A stretch of 64,000 nucleotides of DNA from NCBI GenBank assembly GCA_019310975.1, contig JAFDDH010000002.1:33569-97568 (forward strand), in the 5' to 3' direction. Both the position numbers and the translations under genes were made by a program. This document shows positions 9,278-16,723 of the stretch, one piece after another. The notes below the pieces were generated by a model, which was given only the letters and a program-made list of their open reading frames with translations, searched no databases and was not told the DNA's origin. The stretch's first letter is position 1. Each line of letters starts with the position of its first letter. The DNA comes from Deltaproteobacteria bacterium. Lineage in GTDB: Bacteria; Myxococcota_A; UBA9160; UBA4427.

Positions 9278-9301
9278 GGCCAAGAGGCCAAGAGGCCAAG
9301 G
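9278..9301. repeat. 8-bp x3 tandem repeat (GGCCAAGA)
   Basis: Read directly as ggccaaga ggccaaga ggccaagg, in the MerR-ParA intergenic spacer. Confidence 0.85.
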
Positions 9302-9423
9302 CGGGAAGGCTCAGGGCAGTGGCAGACGACGGGCAGGAGGTGGCGAAAAAAGGTTCATGAGGCGGCGCCGCAGGGCGCACGCCTTGGCGTGGGTGGTCCA
9401 AGACCACCGAAGGGGGGAACGCC

Positions 9424-10506
9424 ATGCGAGTGATCAGCATCGTCAACCAGAAGGGGGGTTGTGGAAAGACAACCACCACGGTCAATCTCGCCGGTGCGCT
9501 CGCGCGAGACGGCGCGAGCGTGCTCGTGGTCGACATGGATCCCCAAGCCCACGCGACCCTTGCACTGGGTATCGATCCGGACGAACTCTCGGAGAATCTC
9601 TACGAGGTCCTGGCCGAGCCCGGTGGCACCGACCAGCTCTCTCGCATCCTCATCAACGTAGCGGAGCGAATCGATCTCGCGCCGTCGAGCATCGTGCTCT
9701 CTGCGCTGGAGCAGAAGCTGGCCGCTGAGCGGCACAACGCCCGGACCGAGCGCCTGGCCTCGGCGCTCGACGCGATGCCTACGCGCTACGACTTCGTCGT
9801 GATCGACTGTCCGCCTGCAGTCAGCCTGCTCACCTTCAATGCGCTCCGCGCTTCCAGTGAGGTGATCATCCCGCTCGAGACGAGCTTCTTCGCCATCGAT
9901 GGTGTGCAGAAGCTGCTCGAGACCATCGCGTTGCTGACGGATCGCATCGGACACGACCTGACGGTACGCGTGCTACCCACGCTCTACGATGGCCGCACCC
10001 GCTACGCACGGCAGACCCTGGGCGACATCCGCGAGCTCTTCAAGGATCTCTGCTTCGACTCGGTGATCCGCATGAACGTCAAGCTCCGCGAGGCCGCGAG
10101 ACACGGCAAGACCATCGATCGCTACGCCGCATCGGCCAACGGCGCTCTGGACTACGCGTCCGTCGCCATGGAGCTCGCCGCTAGCCCACCGGACTTCCGA
10201 CAGGCCGACGCGGCCGATGACACGCAATCGCCCGAACCGCTCGAGGTCGTGGTCCGCTTCCGCGATGAGGCGGCGGGGGACGTGCGCATCGCCGGCGATT
10301 TCAATGGCTGGGTACCCGACAAAGGCGTGCGCTCCAGCATCGAGGCGGAAGGGCCTGCGAGGGTGTGGACGAAGGTGTTGACGCTCTCGCCCGGCACCTA
10401 TCAATACCGATACATCGTGGACGGCGAGTGGCGGGTGGATCCCGAGAACCCAGAGTCCACGCCGGGTCCGATGGGCCAGCCCAACTCCGTCCTCCACGTG
10501 AGCTAG
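9424..10506 (+). CDS. ParA/Soj-family ATPase fused to a C-terminal CBM48 (AMPK-beta-type glycogen-binding) domain
   Basis: 360 aa. The N-terminus MRVISIVNQKGGCGKTTTTVNLAGALA has the deviant Walker A KGGxGKT. It continues through VVDMDPQ and DFVVIDCPP (Walker B). The C-terminal ~90 aa read VVVRFRDEAAGDVRIAGDFNGWVPDK...WTKVLTLSPGTYQYRYIVDGEWRVDPENP...NSVLHV, matching the AMPK1_CBM/CBM48 pattern. An AAGGGGGGA RBS precedes the ATG. Confidence 0.85.
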   Translation: MRVISIVNQKGGCGKTTTTVNLAGALARDGASVLVVDMDPQAHATLALGIDPDELSENLYEVLAEPGGTDQLSRILINVAERIDLAPSSIVLSALEQKLAAERHNARTERLASALDAMPTRYDFVVIDCPPAVSLLTFNALRASSEVIIPLETSFFAIDGVQKLLETIALLTDRIGHDLTVRVLPTLYDGRTRYARQTLGDIRELFKDLCFDSVIRMNVKLREAARHGKTIDRYAASANGALDYASVAMELAASPPDFRQADAADDTQSPEPLEVVVRFRDEAAGDVRIAGDFNGWVPDKGVRSSIEAEGPARVWTKVLTLSPGTYQYRYIVDGEWRVDPENPESTPGPMGQPNSVLHVS

Positions 10507-10516
10507 GATCTCGGCA

Positions 10517-11410
10517 TTGCCGCGCGATCTATCGGAAGTGCTGCACTACTTCATGCCCGAGCTGGGGCACGAGGAGGGCTCTCCGGCCATGCTGGGACCT
10601 GCTGCGCCCGCGCGCACAGAGGATGTCCGGCCCGGGCTTCCCAGAGAGAGCCCAATGCGCGTGCGCCCGACCTCCGGCCGCGCGACCCAGGAGGCGCGCC
10701 GCACGGCGCGCAAGAATCTCTCCTTGCTGCCGATCGTGACGATGCCGATCGGGGACGGCGACGTCGTGCGAGCGGCCTTCGCCTGGAATCTGGCCGTGGA
10801 GGTGGCGCGTCTGGGCGGCCGCGCGGTGCTGATCACGCCCGACCGAGATGATCCCTCACCGCTCTGGCCCGAGGCGGGCATCGGACCGCTCGGCGCGGAG
10901 CTGATGCCCGCCCCGGCACGCGACCTGACCTCCCTCTACCGCACCGCCGTCGACACAGCGGTCTCGCGTGCCGACGGCGCCACCGACGGCGGCTTGGTCC
11001 TCGTACACGTACCACCCGAGTGGCTGCACAATCCGGGGAGCGGCAGTCCCCTGCTGCGCTGGACGCTGCTCTTCACCACGTCGCACGCGCAGGATCTGAG
11101 AGAGACATACGCGATCGCGAAGCTCGTGCTGGGCTCGAATCCCCAGGCGCAGGTCGGTATTACGATCCACGGCGCGCGCGGGCGCGCCGAGGCGGAAGCT
11201 GCCTTTTCACGTCTCGCCCAAGCGGCGCAGAGATGTCTATCGCGCGACCTGCTGAGCTATGGGCTGCTGGTGGATGATCTCCACGTCTATCGGGCCATCG
11301 TCGCGCAGCGCCCGATTGGTCTCGAACACCCACAATCGCCCGCCGCGCGGGCTCTTCGCGACGTCGCCCAGATGCTCTTGGACGACGCGCGGAAGCACAC
11401 CCTTGCCTGA
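10517..11410 (+). CDS. MinD/ParA/FlhG-like protein with a degenerate Walker A (predicted pseudo-ATPase)
   Basis: 297 aa. The segment LLPIVTMPIGDGDVVRAAFAWNLAVEVARLGGRAVLITPD aligns by eye to the MinD pattern (IAVxSGKGGVGKTTxxxNLAxxLAxxGxxVLLIDAD), but GKGGVGKT is replaced by IGDGDVVR. It keeps a Walker-B-like LVLVHVPPE and a C-terminal MinD/FlhG-like LLSYGLLVDDLHVYRAIVAQRPIGLEHPQSPAARAL. Confidence 0.55.
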   Translation: MPRDLSEVLHYFMPELGHEEGSPAMLGPAAPARTEDVRPGLPRESPMRVRPTSGRATQEARRTARKNLSLLPIVTMPIGDGDVVRAAFAWNLAVEVARLGGRAVLITPDRDDPSPLWPEAGIGPLGAELMPAPARDLTSLYRTAVDTAVSRADGATDGGLVLVHVPPEWLHNPGSGSPLLRWTLLFTTSHAQDLRETYAIAKLVLGSNPQAQVGITIHGARGRAEAEAAFSRLAQAAQRCLSRDLLSYGLLVDDLHVYRAIVAQRPIGLEHPQSPAARALRDVAQMLLDDARKHTLA

Positions 11411-11987
11411 GCTCGGCGCCGGCCCGCCGCCGACCGACGAGGAACTTCGCCGCTGCGTGCTGCGCAGCCTGAAGCGGCCCGCAACTGGGCTTCGCGTGCT
11501 GGTCGAGGACGTACTGGGTCAGACGTCTCAGATCGACGCCGTGGCGGTCGACGAATACGGACACGTGGTGGCCATCCTGATCGAAACCGGCCGTGAGAAT
11601 GCAGCGCTGCTCACCCGCGGTCTGGCGGCGCGCGCCTGGCTCAGCGACCGAATCGGTGACTGGGCGAAGCTCGCGCCCGAGCTCAAGCTGCGCGAGGGCA
11701 CTCCCGTACGGGCGCTGATCCTCGCGCCGGACTTCGCATCCGAGACGCGCAGCGCCGCCGAAAGTCTGCCGCGCGGCCTGGTCGACTGCCTCGCCTATCG
11801 AACGGTCTGGCTCGGCGCGCAATATGAGGCCATGGTGGACATGCCCCGACCTTCCAGCCAAAGGGAGTCCACGCCCGCGCCGGCATCGTCTTTCGCCCGC
11901 GAGCTGCCGCGCTTCCGGAGCGGTCTGAGCGACACGGACCTCGGCCTGAGCCCGGTGGAGCGCAAGCACTTCGAGCCCGGCGACTGA
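11403..11987 (+). CDS. Hypothetical protein, NucS/DUF91-like PD-(D/E)xK fold (apparently degenerate)
   Basis: In the frame of ORF 11259..11987. I propose the TTG at 11403, which overlaps the upstream stop, because the ATG at 11259 would overlap the preceding gene by 150 nt. QIDAVAVDEYGHVVAILIETGRE ... VRALILAPDF resembles the restriction-endonuclease-like core, but without the Lys of ExK. The start site is uncertain. Confidence 0.4.
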   Translation: MPELGAGPPPTDEELRRCVLRSLKRPATGLRVLVEDVLGQTSQIDAVAVDEYGHVVAILIETGRENAALLTRGLAARAWLSDRIGDWAKLAPELKLREGTPVRALILAPDFASETRSAAESLPRGLVDCLAYRTVWLGAQYEAMVDMPRPSSQRESTPAPASSFARELPRFRSGLSDTDLGLSPVERKHFEPGD

Positions 11988-12086
11988 GCGCACCTTCGAG
12001 CCGCACGGCAAGGCCCGTATCGGACGCGAAGGCGATTGCTGGCGCGTCGAGGCACGCGCCGGACGCTTGCGGAGGCCTGCTACGCT

Positions 12087-12144
12087 CGTCGACCATGCAT
12101 CCCGCGTCGACCATGCATCCCGCGACGACCCTGCATCCCGCGAC
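12087..12144. repeat. 18-bp x3.3 tandem repeat (CGTCGACCATGCATCCCG)
   Basis: Units at 12087-12104 and 12105-12122 are identical. The unit at 12123-12140 has 3 changes, and a partial fourth unit follows. Units 1 and 2 each carry an in-frame ATG (12095, 12113), encoding MHPAST-MHPATT-LHPATA. Confidence 0.9.
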
Positions 12145-12811
12145 TGCCTTCAAGGGCGATCAGGGCCTCTCCCTGCAGCGAACCATGGAGACCGAATCGA
12201 CGATCCCCGGGGCTGCCAGCGCGTGTCGGCTGGAGTTCAGCTCGAGGGGCGACCGCGTCCCCACGCTTTTCGTCACGCCGCAGGGCAAGGGCCCGCATTC
12301 CACCGTGGTGATCGTCCACTCGGCCGGGTCCAGCAAGAGTGCACTGGAGCTCGACCTGGCCGGTTTCGTTGCGGCCGGCCACGCGACCCTCACCATCGAC
12401 CTCCCACTGCACGGTGAACGCAGCAGCTCCAAGCTGACCGAATGCCTGCTCGCCGCAATCCGCGGGGGTGCCAGAGACGCGAACACCACGAGCCTGCTGG
12501 CCCAGTTCGCACGACAGAGCGAGAGCGACGTCCGCTCTGCGCTCGACCTTGCCCTGACCCTGCCAGATCTCGACGCCGATCGCATCGGCCTCGCGGGCGT
12601 CGGTGTCGGGGCCCTATTTGCAGCACGCGTCGGCGCCGACGACCCCAGGCCCGTCGCGCTCGCGCTCGCCGGAATGCCCACAGCGGATCTACCGCAACCA
12701 CTCGACGCCTCGAGGCACGTGGACCGCATCGCCCCGCGGCCGCTCCTGCAGATCGAAACAGACGGGGACGAGATGAAGACGATGGCCGACTTCTTCGCCA
12801 CCTCGCTCTAG
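12095..12811 (+). CDS. Alpha/beta-hydrolase-fold (dienelactone-hydrolase-like) protein, nucleophile apparently absent
   Basis: 238 aa, with alternative starts at 12113 and 12185 (METESTIPG). The layout is typical of the fold: VVIVHSAGSSKS, then DLPLHGERS, then the nucleophile-elbow position reading RIGLAGVGVGALFA (GxGxG instead of GxSxG), then PLLQIETDGDE. Confidence 0.55.
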   Translation: MHPASTMHPATTLHPATAFKGDQGLSLQRTMETESTIPGAASACRLEFSSRGDRVPTLFVTPQGKGPHSTVVIVHSAGSSKSALELDLAGFVAAGHATLTIDLPLHGERSSSKLTECLLAAIRGGARDANTTSLLAQFARQSESDVRSALDLALTLPDLDADRIGLAGVGVGALFAARVGADDPRPVALALAGMPTADLPQPLDASRHVDRIAPRPLLQIETDGDEMKTMADFFATSL

Positions 12812-12845
12812 ACCTCGGGGCCCTCTGCACCCTTCAGACTTCGCC

Positions 12846-13790
12846 TCAACGCAGCTCCGCGTCCGGCGGCCCACGCAGAGCGAGCAGCGTCCCGGCCACG
12901 ACCAGCACCGGCACGATGGCCAGATTCACCACCGGGACCAGGCACGCCAGGAAGGCTGCCGACCCAAAGCCCAGCATGCGCGGCCAGTCCGATTGGATCC
13001 AGCGTCGCCGTTCCCTGAATGGCACCTGGCGCCGGTCGAGTACATAGCCACTGAATTCCAGGGGCAGAAAGACGATGGTGATACCAATCATGAGCGGACC
13101 CGTTACGAGATGCGCGCCCGGGATCACGAAGCCGCTCCCAATCAGCACGACCCATATGATGAGGAAGAAGACGGTGCGCTGCGCCTCGGAAGAGAGCGAT
13201 CGCCCGACATCACGCATCAGGCCGGCCAGCCCCGCGGACTCGGGCTCGATGACATTCCCGTGGAAGAGACGCTCGACCCGCCAGGACAACGCATCCAGAA
13301 AGGGGGCCGCCGCGAGATTCGCCAGCAGCAGCCCCAGGATCAGCGCAAGGGTGGCGCTGAGAGCGAAGACCAGCCAGCTGAGCAACCAGAAGAAGAGCTT
13401 TACCGGGCCGAGCCAGAGCCACTGATACCACGCATCCACCTCTGCGACTGGCCACACCTGCATCAGTCCCTGCGTGATGACGCCATAGAGCTCGGACGCG
13501 TACACGAAGACGAGCGTGAGCGCGATTCCCACCGCCAGGATCGAGAATCCGAGCGGAATCACAGCCAGGGCCCACAAGCTGCGCTCCCGGCACAGCCACC
13601 GGAAGCCCTCGAAGAGCAGCGCGAAGCCGGCCAGAGCGCCTTCGCCGCCGCTCCCGGCCGCGTGGCGGGGCTCCTGCAGCGAAGCTCTGGATCCCGTATC
13701 GACTCCGAAAGTCCGTTGGTCGTTCACACCCCGGCCTCCCTCTGCGTAGTTTCGCCGCCGCGTGCCGGTACTGGAAATGTGATACCTCAT
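12846..13790 (-). CDS. EI24/CysZ-like multi-pass membrane protein
   Basis: C-terminal 314 aa of ORF 12846..14108, starting at the ATG at 13790 (MRYHISS...). There are about six hydrophobic helices (LWALAVIPLGFSILAVGIALTLVFVY, LFFWLLSWLVFALSATLALILGLLLANLAAAPFLDALS, VFFLIIWVVLIGSGFVIPG...). The family call rests on overall resemblance only. Confidence 0.5.
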   Translation of the reverse strand: MRYHISSTGTRRRNYAEGGRGVNDQRTFGVDTGSRASLQEPRHAAGSGGEGALAGFALLFEGFRWLCRERSLWALAVIPLGFSILAVGIALTLVFVYASELYGVITQGLMQVWPVAEVDAWYQWLWLGPVKLFFWLLSWLVFALSATLALILGLLLANLAAAPFLDALSWRVERLFHGNVIEPESAGLAGLMRDVGRSLSSEAQRTVFFLIIWVVLIGSGFVIPGAHLVTGPLMIGITIVFLPLEFSGYVLDRRQVPFRERRRWIQSDWPRMLGFGSAAFLACLVPVVNLAIVPVLVVAGTLLALRGPPDAELR

Positions 13791-13875
13791 GCGAAGCGTT
13801 GGGAAAATGCAGTGGCCCGACTGCGGCCGCCGCAGATCCGCGCCAGGCACGGACCCGTACGCGAGGAGAAGAGCC

Positions 13876-14988
13876 ATGACCACGAGCCACACCCGCCTGC
13901 CCAAGCGAAACGCCGCCACGGCCTCGCTGCGAATACTGGCGCTCACGCTTGTCACCGTGGTCAGCACGGCCTGCGCCGGGGTCGGTGTCATCGAGAAGAA
14001 CGGGCGGAACGAGAGGAGCGAGAAGGTAGAGGCCGCGACCACGAGCCCGACGATTGCACACGTGGACGGACACAGGATCTCCGCCCAGGAGGTCGATGCG
14101 CGCATCAAGCAGGATCTCTTCGAAGAGGAGTTCGGCCGCGAGAATCAGGCGTCGGCACTCTACGATGCACGCAAGGCTGCGGCCGGCGCGCTCGTCGATG
14201 AATATCTGCTCGAGCGGGCCGCCGGGCTGCGGGGCGTGTCCCCCGAAGACTGGGTCGAAGAGCAGCTCGCCGCCCTGCCTCCCGTCAGTGACGAGGAGGT
14301 GGCTGCGTTCTTCGAGGAGCATCGCGAGCGGATCGGACAGGGCGTCGAGTATCAGGCGGCGAGCCAGCGCATCCGCACATTCCTCGAACACCAGCGCGTT
14401 GACCAGATCCAGGAGCAGCTGCGCGCCGAGGCTGAGGTGAGATTCGTGCTTCCGCGCCGCCGCTTCGAGGTGGCCGCAAGCGGTCCCTCGCTCGGACCCG
14501 ACGATGCGCCGATCACCATCGTCGAGTTCAGCGACTATCAGTGCCCCTTCTGTGCACGCGCCGAGCCCACTCTAAAGGAGCTTCTGGCTCGCTATCCGAC
14601 GCAGATCCGCATCTTCTACCGCCACCTGCCGCTGAGCTTCCATCCCCTGGCGCTCGGCGCCGCCAAGGCCGCCGTCTGTGCTGATGATCAGGATCACTTC
14701 TGGGCGTACCACGATCTTCTCTTCGTCAACCAGAAGAAGCTCGAGCGAGACGACCTGCTCGGCTACGCACGGGTACTCGACCTGGACGTGGCCCGATTCG
14801 ACGCCTGCGTGGACGACGAGGCCACGGCGCTGCGCGTCCAGGAGGACTTCGATGCGGCCCGCAGCCTCGGCGCGACGGGAACACCGGCGTTCTTCATCAA
14901 CGGCATCATGCTGACCGGCGCTCAGCCGGTCTCGGCATTCGAGTCCGTGATCGACGAGGAGCTGCTGCGCCTGCAACCGGGGTCGTGA
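13876..14988 (+). CDS. DsbA-family thiol:disulfide oxidoreductase, probable lipoprotein
   Basis: In ORF 13789..14988. The ATG at 13876 is preceded by AGGAGA. The signal peptide with lipobox reads LRILALTLVTVVSTAC. Thioredoxin active site FSDYQCPFCARAEP, with a cis-Pro region GATGTPAFFING. Confidence 0.8.
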   Translation: MTTSHTRLPKRNAATASLRILALTLVTVVSTACAGVGVIEKNGRNERSEKVEAATTSPTIAHVDGHRISAQEVDARIKQDLFEEEFGRENQASALYDARKAAAGALVDEYLLERAAGLRGVSPEDWVEEQLAALPPVSDEEVAAFFEEHRERIGQGVEYQAASQRIRTFLEHQRVDQIQEQLRAEAEVRFVLPRRRFEVAASGPSLGPDDAPITIVEFSDYQCPFCARAEPTLKELLARYPTQIRIFYRHLPLSFHPLALGAAKAAVCADDQDHFWAYHDLLFVNQKKLERDDLLGYARVLDLDVARFDACVDDEATALRVQEDFDAARSLGATGTPAFFINGIMLTGAQPVSAFESVIDEELLRLQPGS

Positions 14989-14989
14989 A

Positions 14990-16447
14990 TCAGTCCCCCA
15001 GCGCCTCCACACGCGCCAATATGCGATCGCGCTCGGCCTGCATCTTGGCCTCGGTATCGGCCTCGAGATTGAGGCGCAGCATCGGCTCGGTATTCGACGG
15101 GCGAAGGTTGAACCACCAGTCGTCGTAGCGGACCAGCAGGCCGTCGAGCTTGGAGACCTCGGGCGCGCCGGCATGCTCGCGCTCGATGGCCGCAAGCACC
15201 CGATTGGTGTCCCGGACACGGCGATTGATCTCGCCGCTCGCATGGTAGCGGCGCATGGGCTCGAGGATCTGAGAGACGGGCTTGCCCTCGGCGGCGACGA
15301 CGTCGAGCATCGCCACAAAGCTCGCGATCCCATCGTCCGCCACCAGTCGATCCGAGAAACGAAAATAGGTATGGCCACTGAGCTCGCCGGCGAATATCGC
15401 GTTGGACTCGCGCATCTGCGCCTTCACGAAGGAGTGACCAACGCGACACATCTCGGCGACACCTCCGGCCTTCTCGATCTCCTCGGCCACCGCCCGACTG
15501 GAGCGCAGGTCGTAGAGCACGACGCCACCGGGCGAGCGCTCTAGTTGGTGGCGCGCCATCACGCCCGTCATCAGATCCGATGCGATCGGGCGACCCCGTT
15601 CGTCGACGAAGACGGCGCGGTCCGCATCGCCATCGAAGGCCACGCCGAAGTCGGCTCCGACGCGGCGCACCGCTTCGCTCACGTCCTCGAGGTTCTCGAC
15701 CTTGAGCGGATCCGCCTCGTGATTCGGAAAGCTGCCATCGGGCTCGAAGTAGAGCCGCTCGACCTCGATGTCGAGCCGCTCGAGCAATGGCTCGAGGCCA
15801 ACGCTCGCCATGCCGTTCGCGCAATCGATGGCCACCCGCACCCGCGGTCGGCCCGCGCCCACCGAGAGCACGTGGTCGACGTAGCCGTCGCGCACGTCTA
15901 CCTGCACGACGCCGCCCGGCCGCCCGGCTGGCGGCTCGCCGGGGCAGGTCCGGCTGAGCGCTTCGATCTCCCGCAGACCACTGTTCTCGCCAATCGGGAT
16001 GGCGTTCTCGCGACAGATCTTGAATCCGTTGTACTCGGCGGGATTGTGCGATGCCGTGACCATGATGCCGCCACCCACGCCAAGATCTGCGACCGCGAAG
16101 TAGACCATCGGCGTCGCGACCAGGCCAAGATCGACCACTGTCACACCCTCGTCGGTGACGCCCCGTACGAGCGCGTTGCACAACGCTGGCGAGTGCCGGC
16201 GCGCGTCGCGGCCGACGGCGAGGCGCTCGGCCCCGATGAAGCGCGCCGTGGCGCGTCCGATCGCGTAGGCCAGGTCCTCGTCGAGCTGATCCGGATAAGT
16301 GCCGCGAATATCGTAGGCTTTGAAAACAGCCAACCGAACCCCCAGAATGACTCGCTGCGCGCGCGAAGAGACGCGCAGGGTGGGTGCAATCTCTTGTCGC
16401 ACCCCGTATGACTTGACCGCGCGGCGCGCCAGCGGCACCCTTAGCAC
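14990..16447 (-). CDS. Phosphomannomutase/phosphoglucomutase
   Basis: [11 protein letters not shown] near the N-terminus, phosphoserine loop [15 protein letters not shown], metal site FDGDADR, and sugar loop GELSGH. The true start may be the in-frame TTG at 16333 (giving [11 protein letters not shown]). Confidence 0.85.
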   Translation of the reverse strand: MLRVPLARRAVKSYGVRQEIAPTLRVSSRAQRVILGVRLAVFKAYDIRGTYPDQLDEDLAYAIGRATARFIGAERLAVGRDARRHSPALCNALVRGVTDEGVTVVDLGLVATPMVYFAVADLGVGGGIMVTASHNPAEYNGFKICRENAIPIGENSGLREIEALSRTCPGEPPAGRPGGVVQVDVRDGYVDHVLSVGAGRPRVRVAIDCANGMASVGLEPLLERLDIEVERLYFEPDGSFPNHEADPLKVENLEDVSEAVRRVGADFGVAFDGDADRAVFVDERGRPIASDLMTGVMARHQLERSPGGVVLYDLRSSRAVAEEIEKAGGVAEMCRVGHSFVKAQMRESNAIFAGELSGHTYFRFSDRLVADDGIASFVAMLDVVAAEGKPVSQILEPMRRYHASGEINRRVRDTNRVLAAIEREHAGAPEVSKLDGLLVRYDDWWFNLRPSNTEPMLRLNLEADTEAKMQAERDRILARVEALGD

Positions 16448-16494
16448 TTCATTCGGCTACGGCGAAGCATTATGGCGAGCGGAAGGAGTTCACG

Positions 16495-16710
16495 ATGTTC
16501 GGCCTAGGCGCCACCGAGCTGGCGATCATCCTGGCCATCGTCGTCGTCCTCTTCGGAGCCCGCAGGCTACCGGAGATCGGCGCCGGCGTCGGCAAGGCGA
16601 TCCGGAACTTCAAATCCGGCGTGTCGGGCGACGACGAGATCGACGTCACCCCCGAGAAGGACCAGGTCGCCGAGCAGGCTCCGAGTTCGGAAACCAAGCA
16701 CGAGCCCTGA
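16495..16710 (+). CDS. tatA: Twin-arginine translocase subunit TatA/E
   Basis: 71 aa: [42 protein letters not shown]... This is the canonical TatA transmembrane helix, FG hinge and amphipathic helix. Confidence 0.9.
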   Translation: MFGLGATELAIILAIVVVLFGARRLPEIGAGVGKAIRNFKSGVSGDDEIDVTPEKDQVAEQAPSSETKHEP

Positions 16711-16723
16711 GGACCGCTCAGGG
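16705..16723. terminator. Shared stem-loop between convergent genes (CCCTGAG-gaccg-CTCAGGG)
   Basis: A 7-bp perfect stem with a 5-nt loop. It spans the tatA stop (16708-16710) and the stop of the convergent zinc-ribbon gene (16718-16720). There is no U tract. Confidence 0.3.

Noticed and set aside
13788-13878. Divergent ORFs whose longest forms overlap at their start codons (minus-strand ATG at 13790, plus-strand ATG at 13789).
   Set aside because: This is resolved by choosing the downstream ATG at 13876 for the DsbA-like gene, which has an AGGAGA RBS followed by a lipoprotein signal peptide. That leaves a normal ~85-bp divergent promoter region.
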